A model generated the notes under the pieces. That model was not told the origin of the DNA. It made no database searches and saw only the letters and a list, made by a program, of their open reading frames with translations. Below, piece by piece: positions 43,637-54,619 of a stretch of DNA of 64,000 nt. Source of the stretch: Candidatus Omnitrophota bacterium (lineage in GTDB: Bacteria; Omnitrophota; Gorgyraeia; Pluralincolimonadales; Pluralincolimonadaceae); the NCBI GenBank assembly GCA_003141835.1, contig PLNR01000008.1, forward strand, positions 132,472 to 196,471, written 5' to 3'. The position numbers were made by a program, and so were the translations under genes. Numbering within the stretch: the stretch's first letter is position 1; each line of letters begins with the position of its first letter.

Positions 43637-44205
43637 TATGCTTTTAACTCCAGGAAATTCTTCAAGAGCTTCTTTCCGTCGACGGTCAATATCGATTCCG
43701 GGTGGAATTGGACCCCCCAAGCAGGGAATTTTTTGTGCCTCAGCCCCATTATCTCCTTATCCTTCGTCTCGGCGGTTATCTCAAGGCATTTGGGAAGGGA
43801 TTTTCGTTCCACGATAAGCGAGTGGTATCTTATCGCGTCGAACGGGCTCTTCAGCCCCTTGAATATCTCTCTGCCGTTATGGTAGATCTTCGAGGTCTTG
43901 CCGTGCATCGGCCTCTTCCCTTTTACCACCTTCCCGCCGAATACCTCGCCTATGCACTGGTGGCCGAGGCAGACTCCGAGGATAGGGACCTTTCCGGCGA
44001 ACTCGCGCACCACGTCATTGGAGATACCCGCGTCTTTGGGGAAACCGGGGCCGGGAGAGATCACTATTTTTTTAGGGCGCAGCGCTTTTATCTTTTGAAG
44101 GGTTATCTTGTCGTTCCTTACTACCTTAAGGTCCTGCCCCATCTCGCCGAGGTACTGGACGAGGTTGTACGTGAACGAATCGTAATTATCGATGACTAGG
44201 ATCAT
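43636..44205 (-). CDS. trpG: anthranilate synthase component II (glutamine amidotransferase)
   Basis: 189 aa: [19 protein letters not shown]...GVCLGHQ.... Confidence 0.92.
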   Translation of the reverse strand: MILVIDNYDSFTYNLVQYLGEMGQDLKVVRNDKITLQKIKALRPKKIVISPGPGFPKDAGISNDVVREFAGKVPILGVCLGHQCIGEVFGGKVVKGKRPMHGKTSKIYHNGREIFKGLKSPFDAIRYHSLIVERKSLPKCLEITAETKDKEIMGLRHKKFPAWGVQFHPESILTVDGKKLLKNFLELKA

Positions 44206-44206
44206 C

Positions 44207-45691
44207 TCATGAAATCCCTTTTTCTGCGGCCTCGATCGCCTTCATGGTCGCCCTGGCTTTGTTCACGGTCTCCTGGTATTCCTTTTCAGGGTCAGAGTCG
44301 GCGACTACCCCGCCTCCGGCCTGGACATAGGCATTAGTTCCTTTTATGACGATCGTCCTTATATTTATGCAGGTGTCGGTATTCCCGGAAAAACTGAAAT
44401 ATCCGACAAGCCCTGCATACGGGCCGCGCCGCGTATTCTCCAATTCCTCGATTATCTCCATCGCCCTGACCTTCGGCGCGCCTGAGACCGTGCCGGCCGG
44501 GAATGTCGCCCTTATGACGTCGAACATATCCTTATTCGCCTTGAGCTTCCCGGTGCATTCGCTGACTATATGCATCACATGGGAATATTTTTCGATGACC
44601 ATAAGTTCGGAGACCTTCACCGTCCCGTACCTGCAGACGCGGCCGATGTCATTCCGCCCCAGGTCGACGAGCATTATATGTTCCGCCCTCTCCTTTATGC
44701 TGGAGAGGAGGTTCTTTTCAAGGCGTCTCTCCTCTTCTTCGTCCCTGCCTCTCGGCCTTGTTCCTGCTATCGGCCTAAGTTTTACTACACCGTCCTCGCT
44801 CCTGACCATAAGCTCCGGCGAAGCGCCGACCAGCGATAAGTCCTTTAACTTGAGATAATACATATACGGCGAGGGATTTATCATCCTCAGCGCCCGGTAG
44901 AGGTCTATCCCTGAGGAGGTTATCTTCGCGCTGAACCGTTGGGAAGGCACGACCTGGATTATGTCGCCGATCCTGATGTAACCCTTCGCCTTTTTGACCA
45001 TGGATACGAATTCGGACCTTGTAAGATTCGATCTTACGTCAAGCCGGAAATCTTTTGTCTTCGCGGCCCTTTTTGCCTTCACGGCGAGCGGCGCATCCAG
45101 GAGTTTTACCAGGCTGTTGATCTTTTTTACGGCCTTATCATACGCCTTTGAAGCGTTGCCTGCGACATGCGCGTTCGATACGACCTTTATCTTGTGTTTC
45201 ACGTGGTCGAATATCAATATCGTGTCGGTAAGCAGGAATACCGAGTCCGGCACTTTAAGGTCGTCCGGATTCTTTGACGGAAGTTCCTCGAAAAACCTTA
45301 CCATATCGTAGCCCATGAAACCTACAAGCCCGCCGCAGAAACGCGGCAACCCGGCAGTATGTACAAATTTATACCTGCCGATGATCTTCTTCATCTCATC
45401 GAGCGGGTCGCCGGAAGCTGTAAATCTCTTCGTCTTCCCTTCCTCGATCATCTCTATGTTCCGCCCCTTGCTCTTGAATATAAGGGACGGCCCTGAGCCC
45501 AGGAAAGAATATCTCGCTATCTTCTCGCCGCCCTCGACCGATTCGAGCAGGAACGAATAGTCGCTCTTGTCTATCTTCATGAAGGCAGAAACCGGCGTCC
45601 CGAGGTCAGCCGTGATGTCCTTGAAGACCGGTATCAGGTTGCCTTTTTTGGCGAGCCGTATGAATTCTTCTTTCGAAGGCGTGTAACCCAT
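44207..45691 (-). CDS. trpE: anthranilate synthase component I
   Basis: 494 aa: ...[15 protein letters not shown].... The start ATG shares its A with the hisI stop TAA. Confidence 0.93.
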   Translation of the reverse strand: MGYTPSKEEFIRLAKKGNLIPVFKDITADLGTPVSAFMKIDKSDYSFLLESVEGGEKIARYSFLGSGPSLIFKSKGRNIEMIEEGKTKRFTASGDPLDEMKKIIGRYKFVHTAGLPRFCGGLVGFMGYDMVRFFEELPSKNPDDLKVPDSVFLLTDTILIFDHVKHKIKVVSNAHVAGNASKAYDKAVKKINSLVKLLDAPLAVKAKRAAKTKDFRLDVRSNLTRSEFVSMVKKAKGYIRIGDIIQVVPSQRFSAKITSSGIDLYRALRMINPSPYMYYLKLKDLSLVGASPELMVRSEDGVVKLRPIAGTRPRGRDEEEERRLEKNLLSSIKERAEHIMLVDLGRNDIGRVCRYGTVKVSELMVIEKYSHVMHIVSECTGKLKANKDMFDVIRATFPAGTVSGAPKVRAMEIIEELENTRRGPYAGLVGYFSFSGNTDTCINIRTIVIKGTNAYVQAGGGVVADSDPEKEYQETVNKARATMKAIEAAEKGIS

Positions 45692-46080
45692 TATTTTTTG
45701 TAGACCCTATCCGGGTCGAATATCTTCTTGCCGGATACGGAGGTATTCCCTTTCTTGTCTTTTAGTTTGCGGTAAAAACACGAACGATAGCCCGTGTGGC
45801 AGGCCCCGCCGACCTGTTCGACCTTGACGAGGAGGCAGTCGCCGTCGCAATCGAACCTTATCTCCTTTACTTTCTGCACGTGGCCTGACGATTCCCCTTT
45901 CAGCCACAGTTTCTTCCTCGACCGGGAATAGAAATGGGCCCTCTTCGTCTCTATCGTCTTCTTCACGGCGACGTCGTTCATGTAAGCCACCATCAAGACT
46001 TCACCGTTTTTATAGTCCTGGATGACGGCCGGTATAAGCCCGTTGCCGTCGAATTTCAAACTGGAGATGAATTTCCTCAT
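45691..46080 (-). CDS. hisI: phosphoribosyl-AMP cyclohydrolase (HisI domain only)
   Basis: 129 aa: ...[25 protein letters not shown].... Confidence 0.9.
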   Translation of the reverse strand: MRKFISSLKFDGNGLIPAVIQDYKNGEVLMVAYMNDVAVKKTIETKRAHFYSRSRKKLWLKGESSGHVQKVKEIRFDCDGDCLLVKVEQVGGACHTGYRSCFYRKLKDKKGNTSVSGKKIFDPDRVYKK

Positions 46081-46832
46081 AGCCTGACAGCGACTCCTTT
46101 TTTCTTTAAGTATTGCTTGGCTTCCTTTATCGAAAATTCCTTAAAATGGAATATCGAAGCGGCCAGTACCGCGTCGGCCTTTCCTTTTGTCAAACCGTCG
46201 TAGAGGTCTTCGAGCGTCCCTGCCCCGCCCGAGGCTATTACAGGCACCACTACCGCCTCGGATATCGCGCGGGTGAGTTCCAGGTCATAGCCTATCTTCG
46301 TCCCGTCGCGGTCCATCGAGGTCAACAGTATCTCTCCCGCGCCCCGCCTCACGGCTTCTTTCGCCCATTTGACCGCGTCCTTTCCCGTAGGCGTCCTTCC
46401 GCCGTGGGTGTAGACTTCCCAGCCCTTACCGTTACGCTTCGCGTCTATCGCGACGACTATGCACTGGTCGCCGAACCTGCCTGACGCTTCGGATATGAAC
46501 CCCGGGTCATTGACCGCGGACGTATTTATCGAGACCTTGTCGGCGCCGGCCTTTAACAGGTTGCGTATGTCGCTTATATTTCTTATCCCGCCGCCGACGG
46601 TCAGCGGCATGAATATCTTCTCAGCCGTCCGCCTGACGACCTCGAGCATGATATCCCTGTCCTCGTAACTGGCGGTTATATCGAGGAAGACGAGCTCGTC
46701 GGCGCCGGCCCTTTCATAGAACGAAGCGTTCGTGACAGGGTCGCCTGCGTCGCGCAGGTCCAGGAATTTCACGCCTTTTACGACGCGCCCGTCCTTGACG
46801 TCGAGGCACGGTATTATCCTTTTTGTGAACAT
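46077..46832 (-). CDS. hisF: imidazole glycerol phosphate synthase cyclase subunit
   Basis: 251 aa: [20 protein letters not shown].... Confidence 0.95.
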   Translation of the reverse strand: MFTKRIIPCLDVKDGRVVKGVKFLDLRDAGDPVTNASFYERAGADELVFLDITASYEDRDIMLEVVRRTAEKIFMPLTVGGGIRNISDIRNLLKAGADKVSINTSAVNDPGFISEASGRFGDQCIVVAIDAKRNGKGWEVYTHGGRTPTGKDAVKWAKEAVRRGAGEILLTSMDRDGTKIGYDLELTRAISEAVVVPVIASGGAGTLEDLYDGLTKGKADAVLAASIFHFKEFSIKEAKQYLKKKGVAVRL

Positions 46833-47545
46833 ACCTTGTTCGCTTCCTTTATCAGTATCTTTCCGTCATAGATCGCGCGTCCGACTATCACTCCGATTAT
46901 CTCTTTCTTGTTATATTCCTTCAATATGCTAAGGTCAGCAAGGCTCGAGATCCCGCCGGATACTATCATGTCCATCTTCACACTGCCTAAAAAATCCAGG
47001 ATATTGGCGAAGCCCGGCCCCTGGAGCGTGCCGTCGCGGGAGATATCCGTATATTCTACCGTCTGCACGCCGAGCGTCTTTATCCTTTTGGCGAAATCCA
47101 TCGCTTTTATCTCGGTCGGGTTGACCCAGCCTTTTGTCTGCAAATAGCCGTCTTTTACATCGAGGCTCACGATTATCTTGTCCTTGTACCTGTCCACGGC
47201 CTTTTTAAGGAACGCCTCGTCCTCGCAGGCTTTGGTGCCGAGTATGGCGTATGAAGCCCCGGCGCTGATTATCGTCTGGAGGTCGGCCTCGGTCCTTATC
47301 CCGCCGCCTACTTCCACCGGGATGTCAATCGATGCGGTGATCTTGCGTATCCAATCCAGGTTCTTTAATTTTCCCTCTAGCGCGCCGTCGAGATCGACCA
47401 GATGCAGCCGTTTGGCGCCTTCACTCTGCCACCGCAAAGACATCTTGACAGGGTCGTTCGAATAGACCGTCTCTTTGGAGAAATCCCCCCTGAAAAGCCT
47501 TACGACCTTTCCTCCCCTAATGTCTACTGCAGGTATGACTATCAT
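46814..47545 (-). CDS. hisA: ProFAR isomerase
   Basis: 243 aa: [17 protein letters not shown].... Confidence 0.93.
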   Translation of the reverse strand: MIVIPAVDIRGGKVVRLFRGDFSKETVYSNDPVKMSLRWQSEGAKRLHLVDLDGALEGKLKNLDWIRKITASIDIPVEVGGGIRTEADLQTIISAGASYAILGTKACEDEAFLKKAVDRYKDKIIVSLDVKDGYLQTKGWVNPTEIKAMDFAKRIKTLGVQTVEYTDISRDGTLQGPGFANILDFLGSVKMDMIVSGGISSLADLSILKEYNKKEIIGVIVGRAIYDGKILIKEANKVCSQKG

Positions 47546-48153
47546 AGTTTTACGAAATTCCTCAGGATCTTAAGGCCCAACTCCTGGCTCTTCTCAGGAT
47601 GGAACTGGGTCGCATAAATATTATCCGAATACACCACCGACGGGAACTTGACGCCGTAGCCTGTCCAAGCAGCTACGCATTTTTTATCCGCAGGCACCGC
47701 GTAATAAGAGTGGACGAAATAGAAATACGAACCTTGGGGTACGCCTTTAAGCAGCGGGCAGTTCCCTTTTATATCCAACTGGTTCCAGCCCATATGCGGT
47801 ATCTTCAGTCTCCCGGGCCTGAACTTTACGACCTTTCCTTTTAAAAGGTCTAAACCTTTTGATATCCCGCCCTCTGCGCTTTTTGAAAAAATAAGCTGGA
47901 GACCGAGGCATAAACCCAGGAAAGGCTTGCCCTTCCCGGTAAATTCCTTTATCGGCTCTATCAGGCGGCGCGACTTAAGCTCCGCCATAGCGTCTTTGAA
48001 CGCGCCGACGCCTGGCACGATCACCTTGTCGGCGCGCAATATCTCGCGGGGTTTGCTTGAAATTATTACCCGCGCCCCGGCCTTCTCCAGCGCCTTTGAG
48101 ACACTGCGGAGGTTTCCCATCCCGTAATCTACTACTACGATACCGGGTTTCAT
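47542..48153 (-). CDS. hisH: imidazole glycerol phosphate synthase glutamine amidotransferase subunit
   Basis: Start chosen at MKPGIVVVDYGMGNLRSV.... An alternative ATG 7 codons upstream, at 48174, gives MSSECRG. Confidence 0.88.
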   Translation of the reverse strand: MKPGIVVVDYGMGNLRSVSKALEKAGARVIISSKPREILRADKVIVPGVGAFKDAMAELKSRRLIEPIKEFTGKGKPFLGLCLGLQLIFSKSAEGGISKGLDLLKGKVVKFRPGRLKIPHMGWNQLDIKGNCPLLKGVPQGSYFYFVHSYYAVPADKKCVAAWTGYGVKFPSVVYSDNIYATQFHPEKSQELGLKILRNFVKL

Positions 48154-48190
48154 ACCCCGGCATTCCGAAGACAACTAGGTGAGGTCGTCA

Positions 48191-48799
48191 TCATAACTTC
48201 CCTTTTGTTGACGGCACCCCTTTGATGCGCGGGTCTATTCGTGTCGCGTCGCACAGGGCCCGCCCCAAAGCCTTGAATATAGCCTCGAGGACATGATGAA
48301 GGTCCTCTCCGCGGTACTCGATATGCAGGTTTATTCCCGCGTTCCTGACGAACGCCTCAAGGAATTGTTTCGCGCTGTTCAGGGAATACCCCTGCCTGTC
48401 GATATAGGTCGGCGGGACGGGTTTTCCCACGCACCGCATGTAAAGCGACGGTCTTCCGCTTATGTCCAGGGCGATGCGGGCGAGCGCCTCTTCCATCGGA
48501 ACGGCAACGTTCATCGAGCCGAAACGGCGTATGCCTTTCTTCTTCCCGAGCGCCTTGGAGAACGCCTCGCCCAGGGCGATGCCCACGTCCTCATTCGTGT
48601 GATGGATATCCACCTCGAGGTCGCCTTTAGCCATGACTTTAAGGTCGAAACAACCGTGCCTGGCGAACAAAGATAGCATGTGGTCGAGGAACCCGACGCC
48701 GGTATAGACGCGGAATTTGCCGGTCCCGTCGATGTTCAACTCAACCTTCACGTCCGTCTCTGTCGTCTTCCTCCGGTGTTTTACGGTCCTTTTTTTCAT
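48191..48799 (-). CDS. hisB: imidazoleglycerol-phosphate dehydratase (no fused phosphatase domain)
   Basis: 202 aa with metal-binding His/Glu motifs (...HHTNEDVGI...). Confidence 0.92.
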   Translation of the reverse strand: MKKRTVKHRRKTTETDVKVELNIDGTGKFRVYTGVGFLDHMLSLFARHGCFDLKVMAKGDLEVDIHHTNEDVGIALGEAFSKALGKKKGIRRFGSMNVAVPMEEALARIALDISGRPSLYMRCVGKPVPPTYIDRQGYSLNSAKQFLEAFVRNAGINLHIEYRGEDLHHVLEAIFKALGRALCDATRIDPRIKGVPSTKGKL

Positions 48800-50023
48800 C
48801 TAGAACCTCACTTTGATCGATTCCATGTGCTTGCTGAGCCCCTCGAGCTTCGATATCTTCTCGATCGACTTCTTCGCCTTCTCAAGCGCCTTCTTCGAAT
48901 ACGATATTATGTGCGACGACTTCACGAAGTCCTCCACGCCGAGGCCGGAGAAGAACCTCGCGGTCCCGCTCGTCGGCAGCACGTGACTGGGCCCCGCGAC
49001 ATAATCTCCTATAGCAGTGGGTGAATATTGGCCCAGGAATATCGCGCCGGCGTTGTGTATCTTCTTAAGCCACTTCTGCGGGTTCTTTACCATTATCTGC
49101 AAATGCTCCGGCGCGAGGCGGTTGACTATATCGCACGCCTCATCAAGGTTCTTTGCCAGTATTATATAACCGTTCGCCACTTCTCTCTTTAAAAGTTTTG
49201 CCAGGGGTTTGGAAGTGGTTACCAGTATCGGCAATCCCTTGAAATGTTCGCTTTGCGCCTCGAGGTCCTTGATCGCGAAAAGCGGGTTCGTAGACCTGTT
49301 CGCCAGGACGACCACCTCGGACGGGCCGGCTATCATGTCTATGTCGACGTAACCGAAGACCTGCCGCTTCGCCTCGGTGACGTAATCGTTTCCCGGGCCG
49401 ACTATCTTATCCACTTTCGGGATGGTCTTCGTGCCGAAGGCGAGCGCGGCTATCGCCTGGGCGCCGCCGACCTTGTAGATCTCGTCTACCTTGAGCAGGT
49501 TCGCGACGGCCAGTATGTGCGGGTCGACGCTCTGGTATTTATTTGGCGGGGTGCAAAGGACGATCTGCTTCACCCCGGCCACCTGCGCCGGCAGGACTGT
49601 CATATATACCGTTGATATGAGCGGGGCCGTGCCGGCCGGGACATATATCCCGACCCTTTCGATCGGCGCATACTTCTCGCCCAGGATCACACCGTCCCCG
49701 TCGACGATCCTCCATGACTTCTTGCCCTTAAATTGTTTCTTGTAAAATTTTGTGACGTTATCGATGATATTCTTGAGTTCGGATATGAATTCCGAGTCTA
49801 TGTCCTGGAACGCGCCGCTCGCCTCGCTCTCGGTCACCCTGAGTTGTTTTGCCGAAAGCTTCACCTTGTCGAACTTGCGGGTGTATTTTATGACAGCGTC
49901 GTCGCCGTTCGCCTTTACGTCCTCGACTATCCTGTTGACGCATTCGGTTATGCGTTTCTTGCGATTGTTATACCTGTTGCAGAGTTTCTCGAATTCCTTG
50001 CTGTAAAGCTTTATGACTTTCAT
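48800..50023 (-). CDS. hisD: histidinol dehydrogenase
   Basis: 407 aa: ...GPGNDYVTEAKR... The start overlaps the alaS stop as ATGA. Confidence 0.93.
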   Translation of the reverse strand: MKVIKLYSKEFEKLCNRYNNRKKRITECVNRIVEDVKANGDDAVIKYTRKFDKVKLSAKQLRVTESEASGAFQDIDSEFISELKNIIDNVTKFYKKQFKGKKSWRIVDGDGVILGEKYAPIERVGIYVPAGTAPLISTVYMTVLPAQVAGVKQIVLCTPPNKYQSVDPHILAVANLLKVDEIYKVGGAQAIAALAFGTKTIPKVDKIVGPGNDYVTEAKRQVFGYVDIDMIAGPSEVVVLANRSTNPLFAIKDLEAQSEHFKGLPILVTTSKPLAKLLKREVANGYIILAKNLDEACDIVNRLAPEHLQIMVKNPQKWLKKIHNAGAIFLGQYSPTAIGDYVAGPSHVLPTSGTARFFSGLGVEDFVKSSHIISYSKKALEKAKKSIEKISKLEGLSKHMESIKVRF

Positions 50024-52689
50024 ATTTTAAGTTCCTTTACCGCCGCGACGCCGGCCTTCAATGCCTCATCCAGCTTTGAGATATCCTTGCCTCCGGCCTG
50101 GGCAAGGTCAGGCCTTCCCCCGCCGCCGCCCGAGATGATCTTCGATATATATTTAATGACAGCCCTCGAATCGAGCCCTGACTTAGCCAGGTCCTGGGAC
50201 ATTCCCACGACTATAAAGGCCTTTTCTTCGAACGCGCCAAGCAAGATAGTGACCGTCTTTTCTTTCAGGGACGCCTTTACCGCGTCGGTAAGGCTCACGA
50301 GAGTATCCCGAGCGCAGTCGTCCATCCTTCTCGCGACGAGAGTGATACTATTATCCAATAATTCCTTCTTTGAAACAAGTTCTTTCGCCTTCTCCGAGAG
50401 GTTTGCCGCCTCGTAACTCTTGAGCTTCTTTTCGAGGTCTTTAACCCGGCCTGCCAGTTTTTCTATCTGCGCGGGAAGGTCTTCCGGCTTTATCTTCAGC
50501 ATTTCGGCCACGGCCTTCAGGTCATCCTCGGATTCCTTTATCTTGTTGTAAGCGGCTTCGCCTGCGATAGCCTCGATCCTGCGAATACCTGCCGCGACAG
50601 ACGATTCGCCGGTTATCTTGAATAGCCCTATTTCGCCCGTAGCCTTAATGTGCGTGCCTCCGCATAACTCCTTCGAGATATCTTCGACGCTCACTACGCG
50701 CACCTTCATGTCGTATTTTTCGCCGAATAAGGCGGTCGCCCCTGACTTCTTGGCCTCCTCAAGGCCCATCTCTTTTACCGTTAACGGCGCGTTGCGCCTG
50801 ATGTAATCGTTGACCAGGCCCTCGGCCGCCTCGATCTCTTCGCCTGTGAGACCCTTGAAATGCGTAAAGTCGAACCTTAACCTCTCAGGCGCGACGAGAG
50901 AACCCGACTGGTTGACATGCGCACCAAGAACTTTCCTTAACGCGGCCTGCAGCAAATGCGTGGCCGTATGGTGCCTGGCGATCGCCATCCGCCGGTGGAT
51001 GTCGACTTTCGCATCGACCTTGTCGCCTGTTTTTACCCGCCCTTTTTCAAGCCTGCAGATATGCACCGTGATCTTTTCAATCAATTTCGTATCTATTACA
51101 TCGATCTTAAAATCGTTGTTCTCGATTATTCCCGCGTCTCCGACCTGGCCTCCGGTCTCCCCGTAAAAAGGCGTAACATCGAGGATGACGGCGAACTCTG
51201 CCGGTCCGGTCACTTCGCTAACCGGCTTATTATCTTTTATAATGGCTTTTATCGTCGAAGATGACTCTAATTTCTCGTAGCCTATGAACTCTGACTTCAC
51301 GCCGGCGCCTACGACCGCAGCTGTCAGCGTCTCAGCGAATATGTCCCCGGACAGCTTTGTCGCTCCGCGGGATTTCTTGCGCTGCTCTTCCATCAGCCGC
51401 TCGTAGCCTGCGAGGTCGAGTTTTAACCCTTCACCTGCGGCGAATTCTTTTATAAGGTCTATCGCAAGGCCGCGGGTATCGTGGAAATAGAAGATCTTAT
51501 CCCCGGGTATCGTATCTTTCTTTCCGGCCTTTAACGACGCGGACAAATTTTCAAGGTCAACCCTTAAGTCTTCACCTATCTGGTAGAACTTCTCCTCTTC
51601 GGATTTTATGATGACACTTATATTCTCGCGGCGCGAGCCGATCTCAGGATAGCCGCCTTTCATCGCCCTCACGACCGAATCGACCAGTTTATATAAGAAA
51701 GGCTCTTCAAACCCGAGATACTTTCCGTGGACGAGCGAACGGCGGATCAATGTCTTCAGGACATATCCCCTGCCCGTGTTAGCCGGAAGCACGCCGTCTG
51801 CGATGCAGAATACTGCCGCCCTCACGTGGTCAGCAACGGCATTCCTGTGGCCTGTGCCTTCCTTGTCCGAATTCGTATAGCTCTTTTTCGCCGGGTCTTC
51901 TATCAGCTGCGATATCTCGTCGATTATCGGTTTAAATATGTCAGTCTCGAAATTCGTCTCTACTCCCTGCATGACAGACGCAAGGCGCTCAAGGCCCATT
52001 CCGGTATCTATATTTTTACTGGGCAGAGGCTCGAGTTTATTCGGGCCTACGCGGTTGAACTGCGTGAAGACAAGGTTCCATACCTCGACATATCTCTTAC
52101 ATTTGTCACAGCCCGGCCCGCACTTAGGGTCTCCGCAGCCGTACTTCTCGCCGCGGTCGACATATATCTCGGAACAGGGGCCGCACGGCCCGTTCGGCCC
52201 GTCCTCAGGCGCGTTCGCCGGCCAAAAATTATCATGCGCGCCGAACCTCGTGATCTTTTCCTTGGGGACTTTTATCTTCTCTGACCAGATCCTGTATGCC
52301 TCATCATCGTCCTTGTAGACCGAGACCCATAGGTGCTCCTCCTTCATCCCAAGCTCTTTTGTCAAAAATTCCCACGCCCAGGCGATCGCCTCTTCCTTGA
52401 AGTAATCTCCGAAGGAAAAATTTCCGAGCATCTCGAAGAATGAATGGTGCGACGGGGTCTTGCCGACGTTATCGAGGTCGCCTGTCCGGAGGCACTTCTG
52501 GCAGCTCGCCGCGCGCTTCCGAAGGTCCTTGCGCTTGCCGAGGAAATAGTCCTTGAACTGGTTCATCCCGGCGCCGGTGAATAACAGCGACGGGTCGTCC
52601 TTAGGGACTAACGAGTCTGACGGGATGACCGGATGGCTTTTGGATTCGAAGAATGAGAGGAATTTACTCCTCAGTTGGTCCGTAGTCAT
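50020..52689 (-). CDS. alaS: alanyl-tRNA synthetase
   Basis: 889 aa: MTTDQLRSKFLSFFESKSHPV...; class II catalytic, editing (HTATHLL) and DHHA1 domains. Confidence 0.96.
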   Translation of the reverse strand: MTTDQLRSKFLSFFESKSHPVIPSDSLVPKDDPSLLFTGAGMNQFKDYFLGKRKDLRKRAASCQKCLRTGDLDNVGKTPSHHSFFEMLGNFSFGDYFKEEAIAWAWEFLTKELGMKEEHLWVSVYKDDDEAYRIWSEKIKVPKEKITRFGAHDNFWPANAPEDGPNGPCGPCSEIYVDRGEKYGCGDPKCGPGCDKCKRYVEVWNLVFTQFNRVGPNKLEPLPSKNIDTGMGLERLASVMQGVETNFETDIFKPIIDEISQLIEDPAKKSYTNSDKEGTGHRNAVADHVRAAVFCIADGVLPANTGRGYVLKTLIRRSLVHGKYLGFEEPFLYKLVDSVVRAMKGGYPEIGSRRENISVIIKSEEEKFYQIGEDLRVDLENLSASLKAGKKDTIPGDKIFYFHDTRGLAIDLIKEFAAGEGLKLDLAGYERLMEEQRKKSRGATKLSGDIFAETLTAAVVGAGVKSEFIGYEKLESSSTIKAIIKDNKPVSEVTGPAEFAVILDVTPFYGETGGQVGDAGIIENNDFKIDVIDTKLIEKITVHICRLEKGRVKTGDKVDAKVDIHRRMAIARHHTATHLLQAALRKVLGAHVNQSGSLVAPERLRFDFTHFKGLTGEEIEAAEGLVNDYIRRNAPLTVKEMGLEEAKKSGATALFGEKYDMKVRVVSVEDISKELCGGTHIKATGEIGLFKITGESSVAAGIRRIEAIAGEAAYNKIKESEDDLKAVAEMLKIKPEDLPAQIEKLAGRVKDLEKKLKSYEAANLSEKAKELVSKKELLDNSITLVARRMDDCARDTLVSLTDAVKASLKEKTVTILLGAFEEKAFIVVGMSQDLAKSGLDSRAVIKYISKIISGGGGGRPDLAQAGGKDISKLDEALKAGVAAVKELKI

Positions 52690-53134
52690 AATTTTCTTTG
52701 ATTATCTTCCATATCGTATTATACGAGAACCCGCGCCTGCCCAGGAAATCGAGGAGCTTCTTCTTAGCCTTCTCTTTTTCGATCCCTTTCATGTGCGCCA
52801 TCTTCCCGCGCACCAGCGGCATCGCTATCTCGTATTCGTCGAATGAGCCCTCTAATTCGCCGAATGCCCCGGCTATCGTCTCGTCATCGACGCCCTTGGC
52901 CTTAAGCTCCCTGCTGATAAGGTTCCTTCCAGACGGCCTGAGATTCATCCTGTCGCCGATCCAAAGCCTGGAGAAGACCCTGTCATCCAGGAACTTTTTT
53001 TCTTTCAACTCATCGATGACCCGGGCGATCACAAGACCCCGATGGCCTTTCTGCTTGAGCCGTTGGGCCATCTCCTTGACGCTGCGAGGGCGGAACCTCA
53101 ATAGCCTTGAGGCATCCGCCTTCGCCTTTTGCAA
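52664..53134 (-). CDS. recX: recombination regulator RecX
   Basis: 156 aa: ...LRFRPRSVKEMAQRLKQKG... helical repeats. Its 3' end overlaps the alaS start by 26 nt. Confidence 0.8.
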   Translation of the reverse strand: MQKAKADASRLLRFRPRSVKEMAQRLKQKGHRGLVIARVIDELKEKKFLDDRVFSRLWIGDRMNLRPSGRNLISRELKAKGVDDETIAGAFGELEGSFDEYEIAMPLVRGKMAHMKGIEKEKAKKKLLDFLGRRGFSYNTIWKIIKENYDYGPTEE

Positions 53135-53156
53135 TGCCTCTTCATCTATTTCGATA

Positions 53157-54596
53157 TTATTTCTGTCCGTTATCTTTTTCTTCCTCTTTTACTTCTTCTT
53201 TGACCACGGCGTATCCGCGCGAGGTGAGGATAAGCACGTCACCTTTTGCCGATTTCACCGCGCCATCGTAATCTTTCATATTTTTTACGGGCTTCTTATT
53301 TATTTCCAGGATCACGTCGCCGCGCCTGAGGCCCGCCTCATCGGCCGGGCTGCCCGGCTCTACATTCGTGACGACTATACCGCCCTTTTCCGTGACCTTG
53401 TATTTTTGTGAGACAGCCGGAGTCAACTCCTGGGCTTCCAACCCGCGCCAGTTGCCCAATTCCGCTTCGGCATATTCCTTGAGCTCTTCCGGCCTCTGGG
53501 CGATCTCTATATCAAGTGCGACATCTTTCTTGTCCCTGAGGACGACGACTTTGACCTTCTTTCCGATCGGCGCCCTTCCTACGAGCTTTAACAGCTCCCG
53601 GACATTCTCGACCGGTTTGCCGTCGAAAGATTTTATTATATCCCCGCTCTTCATCTTGCCCTTCTCTGCGGGGCTTCCTGCCAATGTCCTGGCGACCAGG
53701 ACGCCCTTCGTCTCGGTAAGGCCGAACTGTTTAGCTAGGTCCTCATCGAGGTCCTGCACGTTCACGCCTAGCCAGCCATAAAGCACCTTCCTGCCTGAGA
53801 TGAGGTCGCTTAAGACGCGTTTCGCTGTATTTATCGGGATAGCGAACCCGATACCCTGGTATCCGCCTGTCGTGGATATTATCGCGACATTTATCCCTAT
53901 GACCTTTCCCTCGATATCGACTAGTGGACCTCCACTATTACCCGGGTTTATCGCCGCGTCGGTCTGCAGGAGGTCGGAATAATCCTTGTCGCCGTATGAA
54001 CGGGGCAAAGAACGGTTGAGCGCGCTTATTACTCCTACCGTGACCGTCGGCTTGTTGGCTATGCCGAAGGGGTTACCGACCGCTATCGCGAATTGGCCTA
54101 TCCTCACATTGTCCGAATCGTCCAGCTCGAGGGCTTTAAGGTCCTTGGCGTTTATCTTTAATACCGCCAGGTCTGCCCTCTCGTCCTGCCCCTTCACCTT
54201 AGCGGGAAACTTCCTGCCGTCTGATAACGTGACCTCTATCTTATCGGCGCCGTCGATGACATGCTGGTTCGTGAGGATAAAACCGTCCGCGTCGATTATG
54301 AAGCCGGAGCCGAGGCCGCGCTGCTGGAACTCGCGTTCCGGGATATCCCCGAAGAAGTCTTTGAAGAACTGGCGGAACATCTCATCGTTTCCCATAGAGC
54401 CCTTAGCGCCGCCCATCTTCGTCGTATGGACTGTCGAGATGGAGACGACGGCTACGCCGGCCTTATCCGCCACTTCGCCGAAAGTATTCTCGAGCGCTTT
54501 CGCGACGCTTAAGTCCTGCGGGTTAGCCGATGCCAGGCCGTTAAGGCCGGCCGCTAAAACCCCGATTACCAATACAAGTACAAACCGCTTAAACAT
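53157..54596 (-). CDS. htrA: periplasmic serine endoprotease DegP/HtrA family with two PDZ domains
   Basis: 479 aa with a signal peptide, catalytic triad context (...GNSGGPL...) and two PDZ domains. Confidence 0.9.
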   Translation of the reverse strand: MFKRFVLVLVIGVLAAGLNGLASANPQDLSVAKALENTFGEVADKAGVAVVSISTVHTTKMGGAKGSMGNDEMFRQFFKDFFGDIPEREFQQRGLGSGFIIDADGFILTNQHVIDGADKIEVTLSDGRKFPAKVKGQDERADLAVLKINAKDLKALELDDSDNVRIGQFAIAVGNPFGIANKPTVTVGVISALNRSLPRSYGDKDYSDLLQTDAAINPGNSGGPLVDIEGKVIGINVAIISTTGGYQGIGFAIPINTAKRVLSDLISGRKVLYGWLGVNVQDLDEDLAKQFGLTETKGVLVARTLAGSPAEKGKMKSGDIIKSFDGKPVENVRELLKLVGRAPIGKKVKVVVLRDKKDVALDIEIAQRPEELKEYAEAELGNWRGLEAQELTPAVSQKYKVTEKGGIVVTNVEPGSPADEAGLRRGDVILEINKKPVKNMKDYDGAVKSAKGDVLILTSRGYAVVKEEVKEEEKDNGQK

Positions 54597-54619
54597 TTTA
54601 ATTTACTCCTTCCGCATGT

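Noticed and set aside
43636-43720. trpD N-terminal extension overlapping trpG by 85 nt
   Set aside because: The extension is an open frame without a start context. The conserved TrpD N-terminus begins at the ATG that overlaps the trpG stop (TAATG).
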